A stretch of DNA of 64,000 nucleotides, taken from positions 16,048,213-16,112,212 of the forward strand of contig OZ234493.1 of NCBI GenBank assembly GCA_965153455.1, given 5' to 3'. Below are positions 15,811-29,379 of this stretch, piece by piece. The notes beneath the pieces were generated by a model. The model was not told the origin of the DNA. It worked only from the letters and a program-made list of their open reading frames with translations, and made no database searches. This DNA is from Sphagnum compactum (taxonomy: Eukaryota). Position 1 is the first letter of the stretch. Each line of letters starts with the position of its first letter. The translations under genes and the position numbers were made by a program.

Positions 15811-16529
15811 TCACAGCGTCTTCAAGCAAAGTTTTTCTTCTGTAGAAAACAACAATTCCTTCTAGAAGGAAGTTTCTTCTTCCTTCCAAAACCTGCTTCT
15901 TCGACAACAAAAGGAAAAACAAAAAAAATATCAGCAAGAAGAAAACATGCATCTAGGTATGAATCTGTAATTTTGAATCCTGAAACCTCAAAAACCAGAG
16001 CCAAGATTATGTAAAACTGGCAGAGAAGAATCCAATCTTTTCCGGAACAAATAAACAAACAAACAACTCTGTCTCTTTGCTGCAAAAGCTCGCAAACGGA
16101 TTTTTGTGATTTCCGGAAGACTCACAGAAGAAGCAAAATGAAGTGGAATTGTTTGTTTCTTTTTCCTCTTGTCCAGAGCATGCACAGACAAACAGAAAAA
16201 GCTAGCTAGCGCAGTAGCGGTTCTGCAAAGCTTCTCAAGAAAGAACATAATAGCGATTCCCGACGATTTACGCAACCATATGAAACCATGAACACATGAA
16301 AATTGATCTACTGGAGCATGCGAACAACGTAGGCTCGTCGGAAACTTACGGAGTAGCTCGAATTTCGCGCAGTTTCGTGGGCAAAGGGCGAAGATCTGGC
16401 GCTTCGGAGGCCAAACAAACAAACAAACAAACAAATCAGGGGGAGAGGATAAAAGTGTGCGACGCTCTCCTCGTTTTGGGATCTCGAATCTGGCTTTTCG
16501 ACACCTCGTTGTTGTATGAGCTGAAGACG

Positions 16530-17362
16530 GTTCGAGATGTCGAAACTCGTTCGAGATTTTTTAAGACGCACCTTATCGGGACCCGGAATTCTTTGTTCGA
16601 GATGTTAAAACTTGTTCAAGAGCTTTCAAGATGTCGAATCTCATTTTCGAGATCTGGAATCGTTTGTTTTTCGAGATGTCGAAACTTGTTCGAGATTTTT
16701 CAAGACATCGAATTACCTTTTCGGGATCCGGAATAATTTGTTCGAGATGTTGAAACTTGTTCAAGAGTTTTGAGGATCCTTTTCAGGATCTGGAATGGTT
16801 TCTTCGAGATGTCAAAACGTCCAAACTCTCTTTCCAGATATGTCAAGATGTCGAATGTTACTTTTTTTTGGAAATCTCAAATCATGTATTTGAGAGGTCA
16901 AAACCTCTTCGGGATCTTGAACTGAGGTCGAAACCAATGTTGAGTCCATGCCCAGTTTGGCAGGCTTTTGATTCCAGTTAAGCAAAAACCAAACTGGATC
17001 TGGGTCTAATTTTGAGAACTGTTTGAGATGTCAAAACTAATTAAGTTTGAGAATTTTCAAGATGTCAAATCTGCTTTTCACGGTCCCCAAAATCTTTTTG
17101 TTTCTTGAGATGTCAAAACTCACTCCCCACATCTTTCGAGATGTCAAAACTCGCTACCACAGCTTTCAAGATGTCAAAACTCGCTACCACATCTTTCGGG
17201 ATGTCAAAAACGGCTATTCGAGATCTCGATTCCTGTTGTTTCGAGATGCCTATCAAAACTGCTCTGAAGCAGAACACCTTTTGAGACGTCGACTTCGCCA
17301 GAAACACTGTTTGGCTTTTGAGATATCAGAATTAGTCGAACAACTTTTTGAGACGTCGAATC
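16530..17362. repeat. Degenerate minisatellite with palindromic core TTCGAGATGTCGAA
   Basis: About 25 variants of (tt)cgagatgtc(g/a)aaac at 20-45-bp spacing, with near-exact 30-bp units at 17131-17210. Confidence 0.8.
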
Positions 17363-19373
17363 AGCTTTTCAGGACTTCACAAAAGCAAAGCCTTCCTCGG
17401 AAGAAGAAGAGGGGGTTGTCACAGGGAAGAGTTTGTTTGATAGGGTTTAGGGTTTTGCGGAACCATCATCCACCAGTTGCAAACGATCCCGCCAGCAGAT
17501 TTGGGTTTTCAATTCGTATGACTGAGATCTCCACAAACATGTTCTTCAGTCGGATCATGATGGGTCATTGATGGATTGATTGATAAGCAAAAAGGAATGA
17601 GAAAAAATCGCTGGGGAATCTCATCTAGAGATGGAGTCTCTCAGCGAAGAAACAGCATAACAGATCTATTGCGCGCTTGCCCACATCTGGAGATTGAAGA
17701 AAAGGTCCACGTACTTGCTACGGTAGTTTTTAAGGAATTCAGGAAGTTTGCCACGAGTGCAGAGATTCTGGTGCACAAAGATTTCTTTGGCTATTGTGGA
17801 TTTGCAAAACCATCCAGCAAGCAAGCTTTTGGAGCACACCACGTAGAGAAGACGTGACCCTCCCTTTTTGTCTTTTGTCCTCAAGTGCTTATGATGCAGC
17901 TGCATGTGGGTTGGGGCGAGGGGGGTCCACAGAAGAAGATTCACTTCTGGTGCCAATGGGGTGAAGGAATCAAGACCATGGGGGAAAAAAAAGAAGCAAA
18001 AACCTAGTCAGTCTGACTTCCTGATTACTTCCCCAAATGAATTGGAAATCAAAGGATCTGAAAAAGGCAGCAGCAACACATAATCCCAGTTTTTACACCT
18101 TTCTGGCAAATCAGGTACACATTGAGAGACCCCACAAAACCCCAAAAAAGAAAAGCAAGCGTGCACAGCAAGCAAGCAAGCCAAGTAAGTGTCATCCCCA
18201 TTTCCTGTGTTGTTGCCAATCACTGGCCTCCTTGTGCACTGCCATCTTTTGTATGTAGCTCACAACCTAATGTATCGTCCAAACATAATTCTGCAGTTAG
18301 AATCAATCATTTGCTAAAGCTTGAAGATCCTCAGCACAAAGAATCTGAATCCAGATTGATGATCTGGAATCAGAGAACTCACAACGTCAGGCAACAGGTT
18401 TCTGTGATCTGCAGCATGCTATAGTTGCATGAAAAACAGTCAAATGGTAGTGACAAGAGAATAATATAGTGCATAGCAGACATGGTTTCCAAGACAAAAA
18501 TTCGATGAAGAAAAAAACAGATCAAAGAATCTGCATCAGAATTAACTGGAAAATACCTGCACATTCAAGATAACCTCACAAGCTTCTGATTTGGTGAAGA
18601 AACTCTGGAAGCCGGAATATATCCACATTGTCACTGAGATGAGAGAGAGAGACAGAAAGAGATACAAACTGTCAGAAATTTCTTTAGTCCTTGATGACAT
18701 GATACATCAGGTTTACAAAGCTTCTTCCAAAAAGCTTTTCAGAAAATTTGGAAATGAATAGTGCAGGGATGAACATCAGGTCAGAGGGAGACCACGGATT
18801 CTTCAGAAGGTGAGCAGGAAAGCATACAAAATGCAAACTTGAAAAAAGCAGCAGATGGGAAAAGCTCTCACAGAAATTTAGCACAAGTTTCAAAAGCAAA
18901 GAAATCGATCCATGTGAGATTTAAGATTGCGAAAACGGTGTTGGATCCGTTTCCCCCCTGTGATATGAATTCGCAGTTGGTTCCGAAGTTCCATACTACC
19001 CATTTGCATTGTCCAGCACCCGCACTTCCCTTTGATTTTGCTTTCAATCCAAACTCAACATTCCTCTGTTTTGAGCAGAAACTGGATCACTCTTGGCAAG
19101 AGCTAGAGAGCAAGGACTAGAGAATCTTAAACCGATTCTACAGAAAACAAAAAAAACCACAAAGATGAAGATGATGATGAGTCCAAAACCTGAGGACTTT
19201 GCGGTCACAAGCACCCCCAAAAACTGATGCAAAATTTTCCTCGAAAAAAGCTCGGAAACCTGCACACAGGGGTGCAATCTGATCGCATATTCATAAAAAA
19301 CAAGAAGAATCTACATAACTCGAAATGCCTGAAAGAAAATCGACCGAGAAAGCCAAGAATCTGGAATAAAAAA

Positions 19374-19393
19374 TTAGGGTTAGGGTTAGGGTT
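19374..19393. promoter_or_regulatory. Telobox-like (TTAGGG)3 in the RRP44A promoter/5' leader
   Basis: ttagggttagggttagggtt about 200 bp upstream of the ATG. Telobox motifs are typical of plant RNA-processing and ribosome-biogenesis promoters. Confidence 0.5.
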
Positions 19394-19587
19394 CAAGGTG
19401 CGAGCTCTCTCTTTGTTAGGAGATTGCAATGGCGTGAGGAACAGTGAGAAAGAGAGAGTAGCGAGATTTGGGTGTTGCTGTAGGAGGCGCGCAGCTTCAA
19501 TCTTGAGCTGAAATCAAGTAGCGGCAATCGCGGGGACGGACCAATTTGTTGCTGCAAAGTTGTCGGTTTAACAAAAGGAAGGTCGTG

Positions 19588-22500
19588 ATGTTGTCGAACA
19601 AGTCGTTCGTGAGGAAGACACGGCATGGCAGAGTGATCAAGGTTTGTTTCTCCAAAACCTCTTTCGTTATGTATTTTAGAGTATTCTTCACGCTCGTTTC
19701 CATCTTCTTTCTGGTCTCTGGATTCAAGGGAAGAGCATCGAGAACTGCCGGTATAATTGGCCCGTCAACGAGCGGCAAAGATGTCCTGGAGGTTCTTAAA
19801 CCCTAGATGTAAGCACCATCTGGTGCAATTTCATGAAGTTTTTTGCAGCCCTGCAGTCTGTTTTGTTGAACAGGAAATGCATCATCATCATCCTTCTTTT
19901 GAAAATCTGTCAATTGCAGAGAGATTAGATTAAGAGGGGACGAAGAGAGATGGAAAGGAGATGGTAAGGAAGGGTAAAAACTCTACCCTTATAAAAAGCT
20001 CATCTTGTTTGCTTGCCGGTACTTCTGCATACGAAACAAATCTCTGGAAAACACAGTAGTTGTAGTAATAGCCAAGATTTGTGATGCACAGAAATTTGAG
20101 AAACAGAAAATCGTCTGCTGGGTGTGTGCAGGTGGTGAGAGAACACTACTTGCGTGATGACATCTCATGTGGGGCACTGTTTTGTCCTGAATGTGACACA
20201 TCTAAGGCTGCCTTACGGCAGACAGCAGAGAATATTCTTGTTGTTGATACCAATGTTGTCCTTCATCAAGTGAGGATTTTCTATCTTTTGCTCTCTTTTT
20301 TTTAGTTTGCTCAAGTGGTTCAATCAGTGTCAGTAGGGGGGAGAGATGATTTTGTGCAGTCTGTTTTGCATTGCCATTGCTTCTCTTCTGTTATTTTCAG
20401 ATCTTGGTTTCTCAGTTGGTTTTTGTGGATATTCAGTCTCTGGTTGGATTGTGGGCTCCACAGATGGACCTTTTGGAGAACGAGATTATTAGTGATGTGG
20501 TGGTGCTATCAGTGGTGTTGGAGGAGGTGAAGAACAAGAACCTGAGTCTGTACAATCGCCTGCGAGCCATTATTGACAATCCAACCCGCCACTTTTTTGT
20601 GTTTGCAAATGAACATCACAAGTAGGCCCTTTTCATTCATTCTTTCTTTGCCTTATTCTTTTCATGAGTTCCTCACTTGCAAAAATGTGGACCTGATCTG
20701 CACAGGATTCACACCTTTAGGTTCTGTGATGGTTTTGAGCAGTACATAGTTAGTCAACATTTCACCGGACTGACACAGTCAGGTACCTTCAAAGTATCAT
20801 TGTGGAGTAATTTTCTCTGCGATCTCATAGACATCTGGGTTTTTACCATTCTGTCTTTTGACATGAACATGCAGAGATACGTACATCAAGGCACTTGCTG
20901 GCGAGACCCCAAATGATCGAAATGACCGTGGTAATAATTTTGGAGTCTTGTCTTATTGTGTTGTGCTGTTTTGTGTTGTTGTTTTGTGTTGTTTGGTGAT
21001 GGTCATATGTCTGTAGAATTCCCATGGATTTGGGATGTCTCATGGGGAAGATCTATCTTTTTGTTGTAGCTATAAGAGTGGCAACACAATGGTACCAGGA
21101 GCATCTGGGGCCAAGTGCAAAAGTCATACTTCTGACGAATGATATGGACAACAGAAGTAAAGCTCGTGAAAGTGGCATTGTTTCTGAAACAGGTACCTCC
21201 TCACACTTCAGAGTCATCGTAAAATGTAGTAAAGTACAATCTACAGACCCATGTTTTGTTTGTACAAGGAATATAGATTCTCAATTGACCACTTTGATGC
21301 GCTGCCTGGTGTCAGAGGATGTTGATGCATGGTGCTGGATTTGATTGCAGTGCAAGCATATGTACAGTCCTTGGGGAAGCCAGAGTTGTTGGACTTGGTG
21401 GCTCGGTCTGATGCCATGGACATTGACAAAAATGAAGCTGAAGACCTGCGTCCAAATAAGAAGGCTGTGGTGTATGCAGAGGTATGCTTGTGTTTATCTC
21501 TTCTTCCACTGTTCATTTGTGCAGATTATTTTTTGGTCGTAAGCCAGTTGCAGCAGCACTGCTGCTGCTGAGGGAGAGGAAGAAATGGGGATGTGGGTGG
21601 GGTTGCTGTTTGGTTCTCACTGTATTTGGTATGTGAGGTGAACAGCACAAAGTGATGTCAGAGATCACTGCAGGCCTGCATCAAGGAAGATACCACCAGG
21701 GCAAATTGCGAGTCAATCGGTACAATCCTTTTGTAGCATATGTTGGAAGTGAAAGTGTCGGAGAGGAGATCCTAATTCACGGCCGACAAGACATGAACCG
21801 TGCTTTTGATGGTGATGTGGTTGCTGTGGAGCTCTTGCCACAGTCTTTGTTGCCTGGAAGTCAAGCTGGAAAGATTGCAGACAGAGACGGTTAGTACAGA
21901 AAAAAATCTTTCCTCTTCCTCTCACATCATCAGTACTGTTAAACAAGAGATGATCAGTCCTGCAGTCAAGCTGAAATTTATGTATTTTTGCTGCTGCAGA
22001 TGAGGAAGAAGAGGAAGAGCCTGTGGGCTTGGTTCCAGCCAGTGCTGATGATGCACCCCGAGAATTACAAGTTCAAGAGAATTCCCAATTGACTGGCTCC
22101 AATCGACCTTGTGGACGGGTCATTGGCATCATCAAGCGCAATTGGAGGCAGTAAGTTAAATTTTTCTGTCTCAGTTCACATCAACTGGTAGTTTGTTCTG
22201 ATCTGGAATGCAAGCCAGTTGTTCTTTCTGCCCACCCTTCCAGGCAGTGGGTTGTTGAATGAACTCTGCTTGTATGTGGGGTTTTAGGTATTGTGGGTCA
22301 CTGGAGCCCATGAAGATGCCTGGAGGAAGTGGTGGCAATGTCCATGCACTATTTGTGTCTGCTGATCGTCGAATCCCAAAGATTCGCATCCAAACACGTC
22401 AATTGGCGAATCTTATCGACAAGCGCATTATTGCATCGGTCGATTCATGGGAACCGAATTCACGTTATCCATCGGGTCATTACGTACGCACCATTGGAGA

Positions 22501-25500
22501 TATCGGAGATCGTGCTACTGAGAGTGATGTTAGTCCTTTCTTACCTTTGCTTTGGCCTAGGCTCTCATTTATTACAGTCGAGTGCCCAGGCTTTAGTTGA
22601 CACTTGTTATGTAGACACTTGGGAAGGGTTGGGATAGACTTAATAGAACACTGTTGATCTTCTCTTTCCTCTGAAGTGGGTGGGCCTTGGATAATGTGGG
22701 GGTGGACTAGATCCAAAGAGACTGAGGCAGGATGGTTTGGTGCAGGTATTGTTGATTGAGAATGACATCAATAGCCGACCATTTGCAGATGCAGTGCTTG
22801 CATGCCTTCCTCCACTGCCATGGTCAGTCTCAGATCAGGACCTTCTCCACCAGCAGCGGCAGGATCTACGAAACTTACGTGTCTTCAGTGTCGACCCCAT
22901 TGGTAAGTGCCCATCCTGTTTGCTTTCATTTTGTTTGTCAGTGGGATTTGAAAGGGATTCATTTAGAATTGACCTGGGATCGGTTGGATCTGTATGACAG
23001 GCTGCAAGGACATTGATGATGCTCTACATTGTAAACTCATGCCAAATGGACTTTATGAAGTTGGTGTGCGTATCCTTTCTGCAAGACCCATAAAAACATA
23101 AATTGTGTCTTTGCCACCCATTCAGGAACTTTTGTACTTTGGTGAACCAGATTCTTATGTCGCACCTCCAGCCTGAAGGGTTTTGTGCATTGGGTATTCT
23201 CCCCTCCATTCCGCCCTGCTGACTTTGTGTGTTGTGCTCTCTCAATCGGCCCATCTCAAAACGTGATTTTATTCCTTGATCAGTTTCTGGATGCATAATA
23301 GATATCGCCGACGTCACAAATTTTGTACACCCAGGCACACCTCTGGATGAGGAAGCATCACAGAGAGGCACATCAGTGTACATGGTGGAGCGCCGCATTG
23401 ATATGTTGCCCAAACCTCTCACTGAAGGTATATATTATTATCTTTGATATCATTTCTTAGATTAATTTCCATGCATTGTCAATAGGAAAAAAACCTACAC
23501 AAATTGTGACTCAGTGTTGCTCAAAACTATCTGGTTGGTCCTTTGCAGATATATGTTCTCTACGTGCAGATGTTGAGAGGCTTGCATTTTCTGTACTGTG
23601 GGTACGTGCCATGACTTCTCTGACATCCCTTGTTCATAAGAGGGCTTTCAGATTTTTGATTGGAATTTGGAGTGTGTTTGGAAAATTCCTTCTTGCTCCC
23701 TGCTTGGTAATGTATGTGGTGTTTCTCTCTTCCTACATATTGGTGGTGCACACTGGGTAGCAGGATAGATGGCTGGTGTTGTGGAATTAGTATTGGGTGT
23801 AACTTGTCTGGTTTGTTGCTTATGAACAATCAGGAAATGACAGCTGAGGCAGAGATTGTGTCGGTGTCTTTCACCAAGAGTATCATCAAATCAAGTGCAG
23901 CACTCTCATATGTTGAAGCCCAGGCTCGAATGGATGATAGGTGTGTGTTACAATCCACTGAGTTTCAAACAGCCTCTCTCCTTTTTTATCTCTGTTTTTG
24001 TCTTTGTATCAATTCGTTCTTGCATGCTCACCTTGTTCTTGTTCCCTCTCAACATTGTATTTGTGGGTTTGTATAGCTCTGTAGCATGCACTCTTCCTGG
24101 TTGTGCCTGCTGATATCTCAGTTGCAGCATAACTGGCATCGGCTCAGAATTTGGCAGAATTTGGCAGAATAGTTGTGGCAGACTTTTTCACAGTCAACTT
24201 GGTATTTGTGTTGTGTGCCAGTCGCTTAGAAGATGCGCTAACTGCAGATCTCCGCAACATGAATCGTCTTGCCAAGGTTTGCACACTGTTTGCCACTTTC
24301 CAACACTTGGTGATTAGATGGGTTCTCACAAAAGCTGCCTCTCTTCAACTATGTCTAGCAAGCAATGTTGCATGAGTGGTGGAGGGTTTAAGGTTTAGGA
24401 TGGCAAAGTAAATTCATAGACCAGTATTCCATGGATGCAGATAATGAGGCAGAGACGGATTGAGCGTGGAGCATTGACCCTTGCATCACCTGAGGTCAAG
24501 TTTGAAATCGACACAGAAACACATGATCCCCTTGACGTTGGTGGGTTTTCGGTTCTGCCTTGTACCTGTTATGGTTCTGTATTTCTGTTAACATCATCAC
24601 CTCTTTTTTCCTTCTGCAATATTCTTCTTTTTACTCTTGTTGACAATGTGAGTAGTCATGCTTTGTTTGTTTGTTTGTTTGTTTCCTTGCATGTGTGGGG
24701 AGGGCAGGTATGTATCAAGTCCGAGAGGCCAATCAAATGGTGGAGGAGTTCATGCTCGCTGCCAACATTTCCGTAGCTGAGAAAATCTTGAAACATTTTC
24801 CAGCTTACTCCTTGTTGAGGTCCGTTTGGTTTTTCAGACAGTCCACAGTGGTGACAAGACAGTTTCATCAGGTTTTGACATGAGATAGTTTCATGGGTTT
24901 TGAGATGAAGGTTTCAAGAGGCATGGATAGAGGTACTTGAGACTTAGGATCTTTCAGAAGCGTACATGAGAAAGTGAGTCAAATCATGGTAGAGTGGTAG
25001 ATATCCTCTCATGGTAGAAGGTTTTTGGGCATTACAGACGGCATCCAGTACCCACACCAAGCATGTTTGAGCCACTTTTACGCACAGCAGCTGCTGTTGG
25101 AGTGCACCTGGACATTTCCTCGTCAAAGGCGCTTGCTGATTCCCTGGATCACGCTGTGGTAAGCCAATCTGAAATTCCATGTTTGTAATACCTCTGATGG
25201 CCAAGATTATTTCACAGGATGGTTGGTTGTATTTGGGTAACCAGAGGGTGTCTAGACTGGATCCTGACTGATGCAGCTGGTTCTCGGTGGGTTGGGTAGG
25301 GGGATGACCCATACTTCAACAAGCTCATACGCATTCTTGCAACTCGTTGCATGACCCAGGTTGGTTGGAAAATACATTACCTACTGTAATACCTACCCTA
25401 TCTTAGATTGAAGTTGACAGATATCCAGTGCAAACGAAGAAGGTTTGATTACAATTGGGTGTTGGGAATACAGGCAGTCTATTTTTGCAGTGGGGAGTTA

Positions 25501-26739
25501 TCACTTCCTGAGTTCCACCACTATGGACTAGCAGCACCATTGTACACACATTTTACATCACCTATTCGAAGATATGCAGGTGCTCACAATTTCCATAATG
25601 TTCTCTTACAGTTTTCACTTTGCTAGCCATCATTGCCATCGTGGAGAATTCAAACAAATTGCTCTTGCTGAAGGGTTTTTGTTGACCCATGAGTTCCAGG
25701 TATTGTGGTTGACTAGAACTGGGTGGGAATGGCTACAGATGTGATAGTGCACAGATTGCTTGCTGCAGCATTGGGCTTGAGTAATCTACCTCCACAATTC
25801 CGGGATCGATCAACTCTCACCAGTATCTCTGATAGTATTGCACCTAAAACCCTGTCTTGGGTCCTTCTGGAGACTCTCTACTTGGTATTTGCATTTGTAT
25901 TGCAGCAGCAGTGAGCAGGTGTACAAGTCTTGAGGTTCTTAGGGGGGATACACTTTGTTCCTTCCTGAATTGTGAACATGTCTCTGCTCTCAGAGTTTGT
26001 CTTTGACTGAGATTGATTTGATTGTCCTGCAGACCTAAATTACCGGCATCGCAATGCGCAAATGGCGGGTCGTGCTTCAGTCGAGCTCCACACCCTTATC
26101 TTCTTCAAAAACCGGTACATTTGGCAAAATCCAAAATTACAGATGTGGAATTGTCTCCTATGAAATAAAATGTGATGTGTAAAGTCAACCGTAGTTTGTT
26201 TTTGATGTGTACAGATGATTGATGGGCTAAGTGTTTGCTGTGAACAGACCGACGGATGCAGAGGCCAGGATTGTGAAAATACAGTCAAATGGATTTATTG
26301 TCTTCGTGCCTAAGTGAGTACCTTTTCATCTGACTCTTCTGGTGATGAGCCCAAATCCATAGATACTTTTGCATATCCCTAGGCAAGAGAGCACTTGCCA
26401 TATACAAGCTTAAGTCTTTTTTCCAGCTGCTTCCATTTCTTGGTTTCTTCATCCATACACCCATGTGATGCAGGCAGTTGATATGATACAAATAATGACA
26501 AACTACTTGTTTGCAGATTTGGAATCGAGGGTCCAGTTTACTTAATAGGGAAGGGAGCTAGTAAAAATGCTTCCGGAAGTACATCAGAGTGTTCATGGGT
26601 GGTGGATGAGGAAATGCAAACAGTAAGAGCTAGTGATGGTAATCACACCTTCAGAGTGCTGGATGTCACACATGTGCATATTGAAGTTGTTGAACCACAG
26701 CCGAATCGACCCAAGCTACAATTGACACTTGTGTCTTAG
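19588..26739 (+). CDS. RRP44A: Exosome catalytic subunit RRP44A/DIS3 (CR3-PIN-CSD-RNB-S1), 24 exons, ~942 aa; exons 19588-19641, 20132-20269, 20464-20621, 20875-20930, 21070-21192, 21351-21481, 21646-21889, 22000-22150, 22288-22528, 22746-22902, 23001-23069, 23302-23427, 23549-23601, 23834-23940, 24222-24276, 24441-24540, 24708-24819, 25038-25158, 25300-25359, 25474-25579, 25739-25834, 26033-26114, 26248-26313, 26517-26739
   Basis: [15 protein letters not shown] (CR3), VVDTNVVL and NDRNDRAI (PIN), [15 protein letters not shown] (RNB catalytic motif) and [21 protein letters not shown]. Summed exon length is 2829 nt, divisible by 3. Confidence 0.95.
23070..23301 (+). other. U12-type (minor spliceosome) GT-AG intron in RRP44A
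   Basis: 5' splice site GTATCCTTT. Branch-site-like TTCCTTGAT at 23272-23280 about 21 nt before the AG, with no polypyrimidine tract. It splits the His codon of EVGVH-IADV. Confidence 0.85.
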
Positions 26740-29343
26740 CTCTCTCTGCCCATCAGTTCTTGACCCACATGTTATAATAATACTTGGGTGAGCAAGTGCA
26801 TTTTGGTGTTGTAACATATTTTGCAGTTAAGTTACTCTCCTGGAATCACAACAGCAATATTAGTGTAATTTTTGGGTACTGAGTGGAGTGCCCAGTGAAA
26901 TGACTTGGGTACCGGGAAGGAAAAGATTGCTGGAAAATGTGGAGTTGGTATCTAAGTAAGCTCATTTCATAGGTTTGTTCAGCAATAGCTAAGCCTGGAG
27001 CTGTTGGGGATGTGAGAATTTGTAGAGGGTTGTCAATCTGGAGTGTGAGGGAGCACAATCTGTAGTGATGGTTCTTCACTAGTTCAAATCGTTGCTTACT
27101 GGTCTGGCAGAAAAATTTCTGTCACTACAATCTTTTTTGTTTGTCTTTTCACACCAGTATATCAAAGCACAACGTTGTTTGAGAATGATTCGCCATCCAG
27201 GGTGAAAATTGGCAGTGAGGGTCCCTTGCTACCAGACAGAGTTTTATGTGCTTCTCTTATTGGACTATTAGTATGTTGCTACTGAATGACTCGGTCTCAC
27301 ACTAGTGTTAATTTTCAATGGCTGTATTCTTACTGTCAAGTGGGTCTTACTCTTTAGAATTCTTTCCAAGGCCTTTGGGAAGAGACAAAGGAACATATGG
27401 TAGCTTTTTTATTCAAGACGTCAAATGTGGCTCTAATCATAGGGAAAAGGATGACAAGAAAAGGATGGGATACTGGAAGCTAGTGCTCAAACACAAAGGT
27501 TTATTGAGGGACTTTTTAGCATTTGTTTTTGGTCTGGCAAATGGAGATAACTTGAGTCATTCTAGAAGCAGCCAGCTGGACCGTTTTTTTTGGGGGAGAA
27601 TCGTCAACTTTGAGTCCAAAGACAAATGAATGAATATCCACAACCCCATGGTTGATTAACAAGTTAAAAGTGGGTAGAAGCCCACTTCCATGGCATTTTT
27701 GGAGACTTGTAGTGAACTTGATATAAGTGGGTAAATCTTATTATAGAACTTCTACAGAGCTCTTAAACGAAAAGGAAGATCAGGAATGCAACTTGAGGAC
27801 CAGGTGCCAAGCTGAGGTACAATGATACATACAGGTACACATTTTTAACTGTGTTGCCTTGTTGAGCACTTCAGTTTAACAAGAAAATGCCGATTAGTAA
27901 CCTCTCTGGTTGCACATGTTTCAATGATATTCTATTTAGCTTTTCAGTATGAACCTCATGCATCAATCTAGAAATTTTCTTGCTTACTATCTAAGTGTGG
28001 TGATTTCCCGAAACTGATTATTAGCATAAGAGGCTAAACTGCTATTTTTATGCTGATGCTGAAGTACTTACATGTATGGTTTAAGACTTTTTGATTGGGC
28101 AGCAATCCAGACTTTTTGATTCTGTGACATGAGTTTTCAAATGCACTTGAACGAGACCACAGTGGTGGTAGCTGTTTCCAAACAAGGCATCTGGGGATGT
28201 CAAACTTTTGGCCTTTCTCAACCAGAGGCAAAGGACATTTGAGGTACTAAGGTTATCATAATCACAGGAATTCCTTGGCATTGAAAGTTTCTCTTTGCAG
28301 CATGAACTGTTTCTCTATCGAAATTGAAAGAGATGGTAGTGCCAATGTTGTATTATAATTTCAATTCAGGCATCCCACACAACCACAACCAAAATGGAAG
28401 AAGACGGTTTTGGGGTGTTGGGTTGTAGGTTGGAGGGGATAAAATGATGCAACTGTTGCATGTTGGGAAGAGGTGTGCAACATAACATCCAGTTCTTATG
28501 ACAAAATTGCCAGGTGACCACCATGACTCCCAAAACTTTTTTCCGCAGGATTGACAAGTTCAAACCCGATTGAGGATTGAAAGAGGTAAAACAATGTTGG
28601 GCAACACATGTATATGATATGAGAACTAATTGCAGTGACTTGATGATTTGATAGTTTCCTCAATGATGGTAGTATTCATTCAGCCATCAACAAGAATTCG
28701 ATGGAGAAGAGACATTCAATGAATTCGGACATGGAGAGTCGCACTAACAACACTTTCTGAAATAAATGGAAAACACAATTGAGTATTGTCACACTTCCTC
28801 ATTTATTTTCTGCAATTTTGGTTTTTGGAAGATTGGGAATATTCCAGCGTTGGACCGGAACACCTAGTCGCACTTGCAGCTGGTATTGACACTGGTATCA
28901 ACAAACCTACTAACTAGGCTGCTATGATCAAGGCAATACCAGCCTCTTGGGTATACACTATGTACTGGCCTTATATGAATTTCAATACCGGGTTTATACC
29001 TGGCTCGTGCCACGCAAAAATCAGTCTTTGACCATACATCAGGATCATGCTGGTATGAAAGTTTTTAAAGAGGACCCAATATTCAGGATCAAGCTAGGAT
29101 GAAAATTTGGTACATACCCAATACAAGGATGCAGCTGGTATGTTCAAATCCAGTACCAGACCAATATGGAATATTGGTACTGGATTTAGGGTTTAGGTAC
29201 CCATCCTTTTCCATTATTTTCACTTTGGCAGGTTTCTTTTTGAGAAAATTCTGGACAAATCTGTGTTTTCAGCATAATTTTGACTAAAGCAATCACCAGT
29301 TTTTTGACCTCACAAAATTGTGGGAAAAAAAGAAAAAAAAATC

Positions 29344-29346
<3 letters not shown>

Positions 29347-29378
<32 letters not shown>
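29347..29378. repeat. (GA)n microsatellite
   Basis: Uninterrupted GA run of about 15 units. Confidence 0.9.

Positions 29379-29379
<1 letters not shown>

Noticed and set aside
16530..17362. CRISPR-like appearance of this and the 38.7 kb and 56.3 kb arrays
   Set aside because: Eukaryotic context, degenerate repeats, non-unique spacers and no cas genes.
16296..17571. 146-aa and 174-aa ORFs
   Set aside because: By-products of the minisatellite (repeated FRDVK-like peptides).
17440..17910. Telomerase RNA candidate (template-like AAACCCTAAACCCT on the minus strand, USE-like acccacat)
   Set aside because: No correctly spaced USE-TATA Pol III promoter, and the motif is common throughout this window.
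19172..19204. Hammerhead-ribozyme-like atgatga-gtcc-loop-ggac
   Set aside because: The core should be CTGATGA...GAAA. Here it is ATGATGA followed by TTTG, and no stems I or III are evident.
27318..28800. Short ORFs downstream of RRP44A
   Set aside because: No recognisable domain or consistent exon structure.
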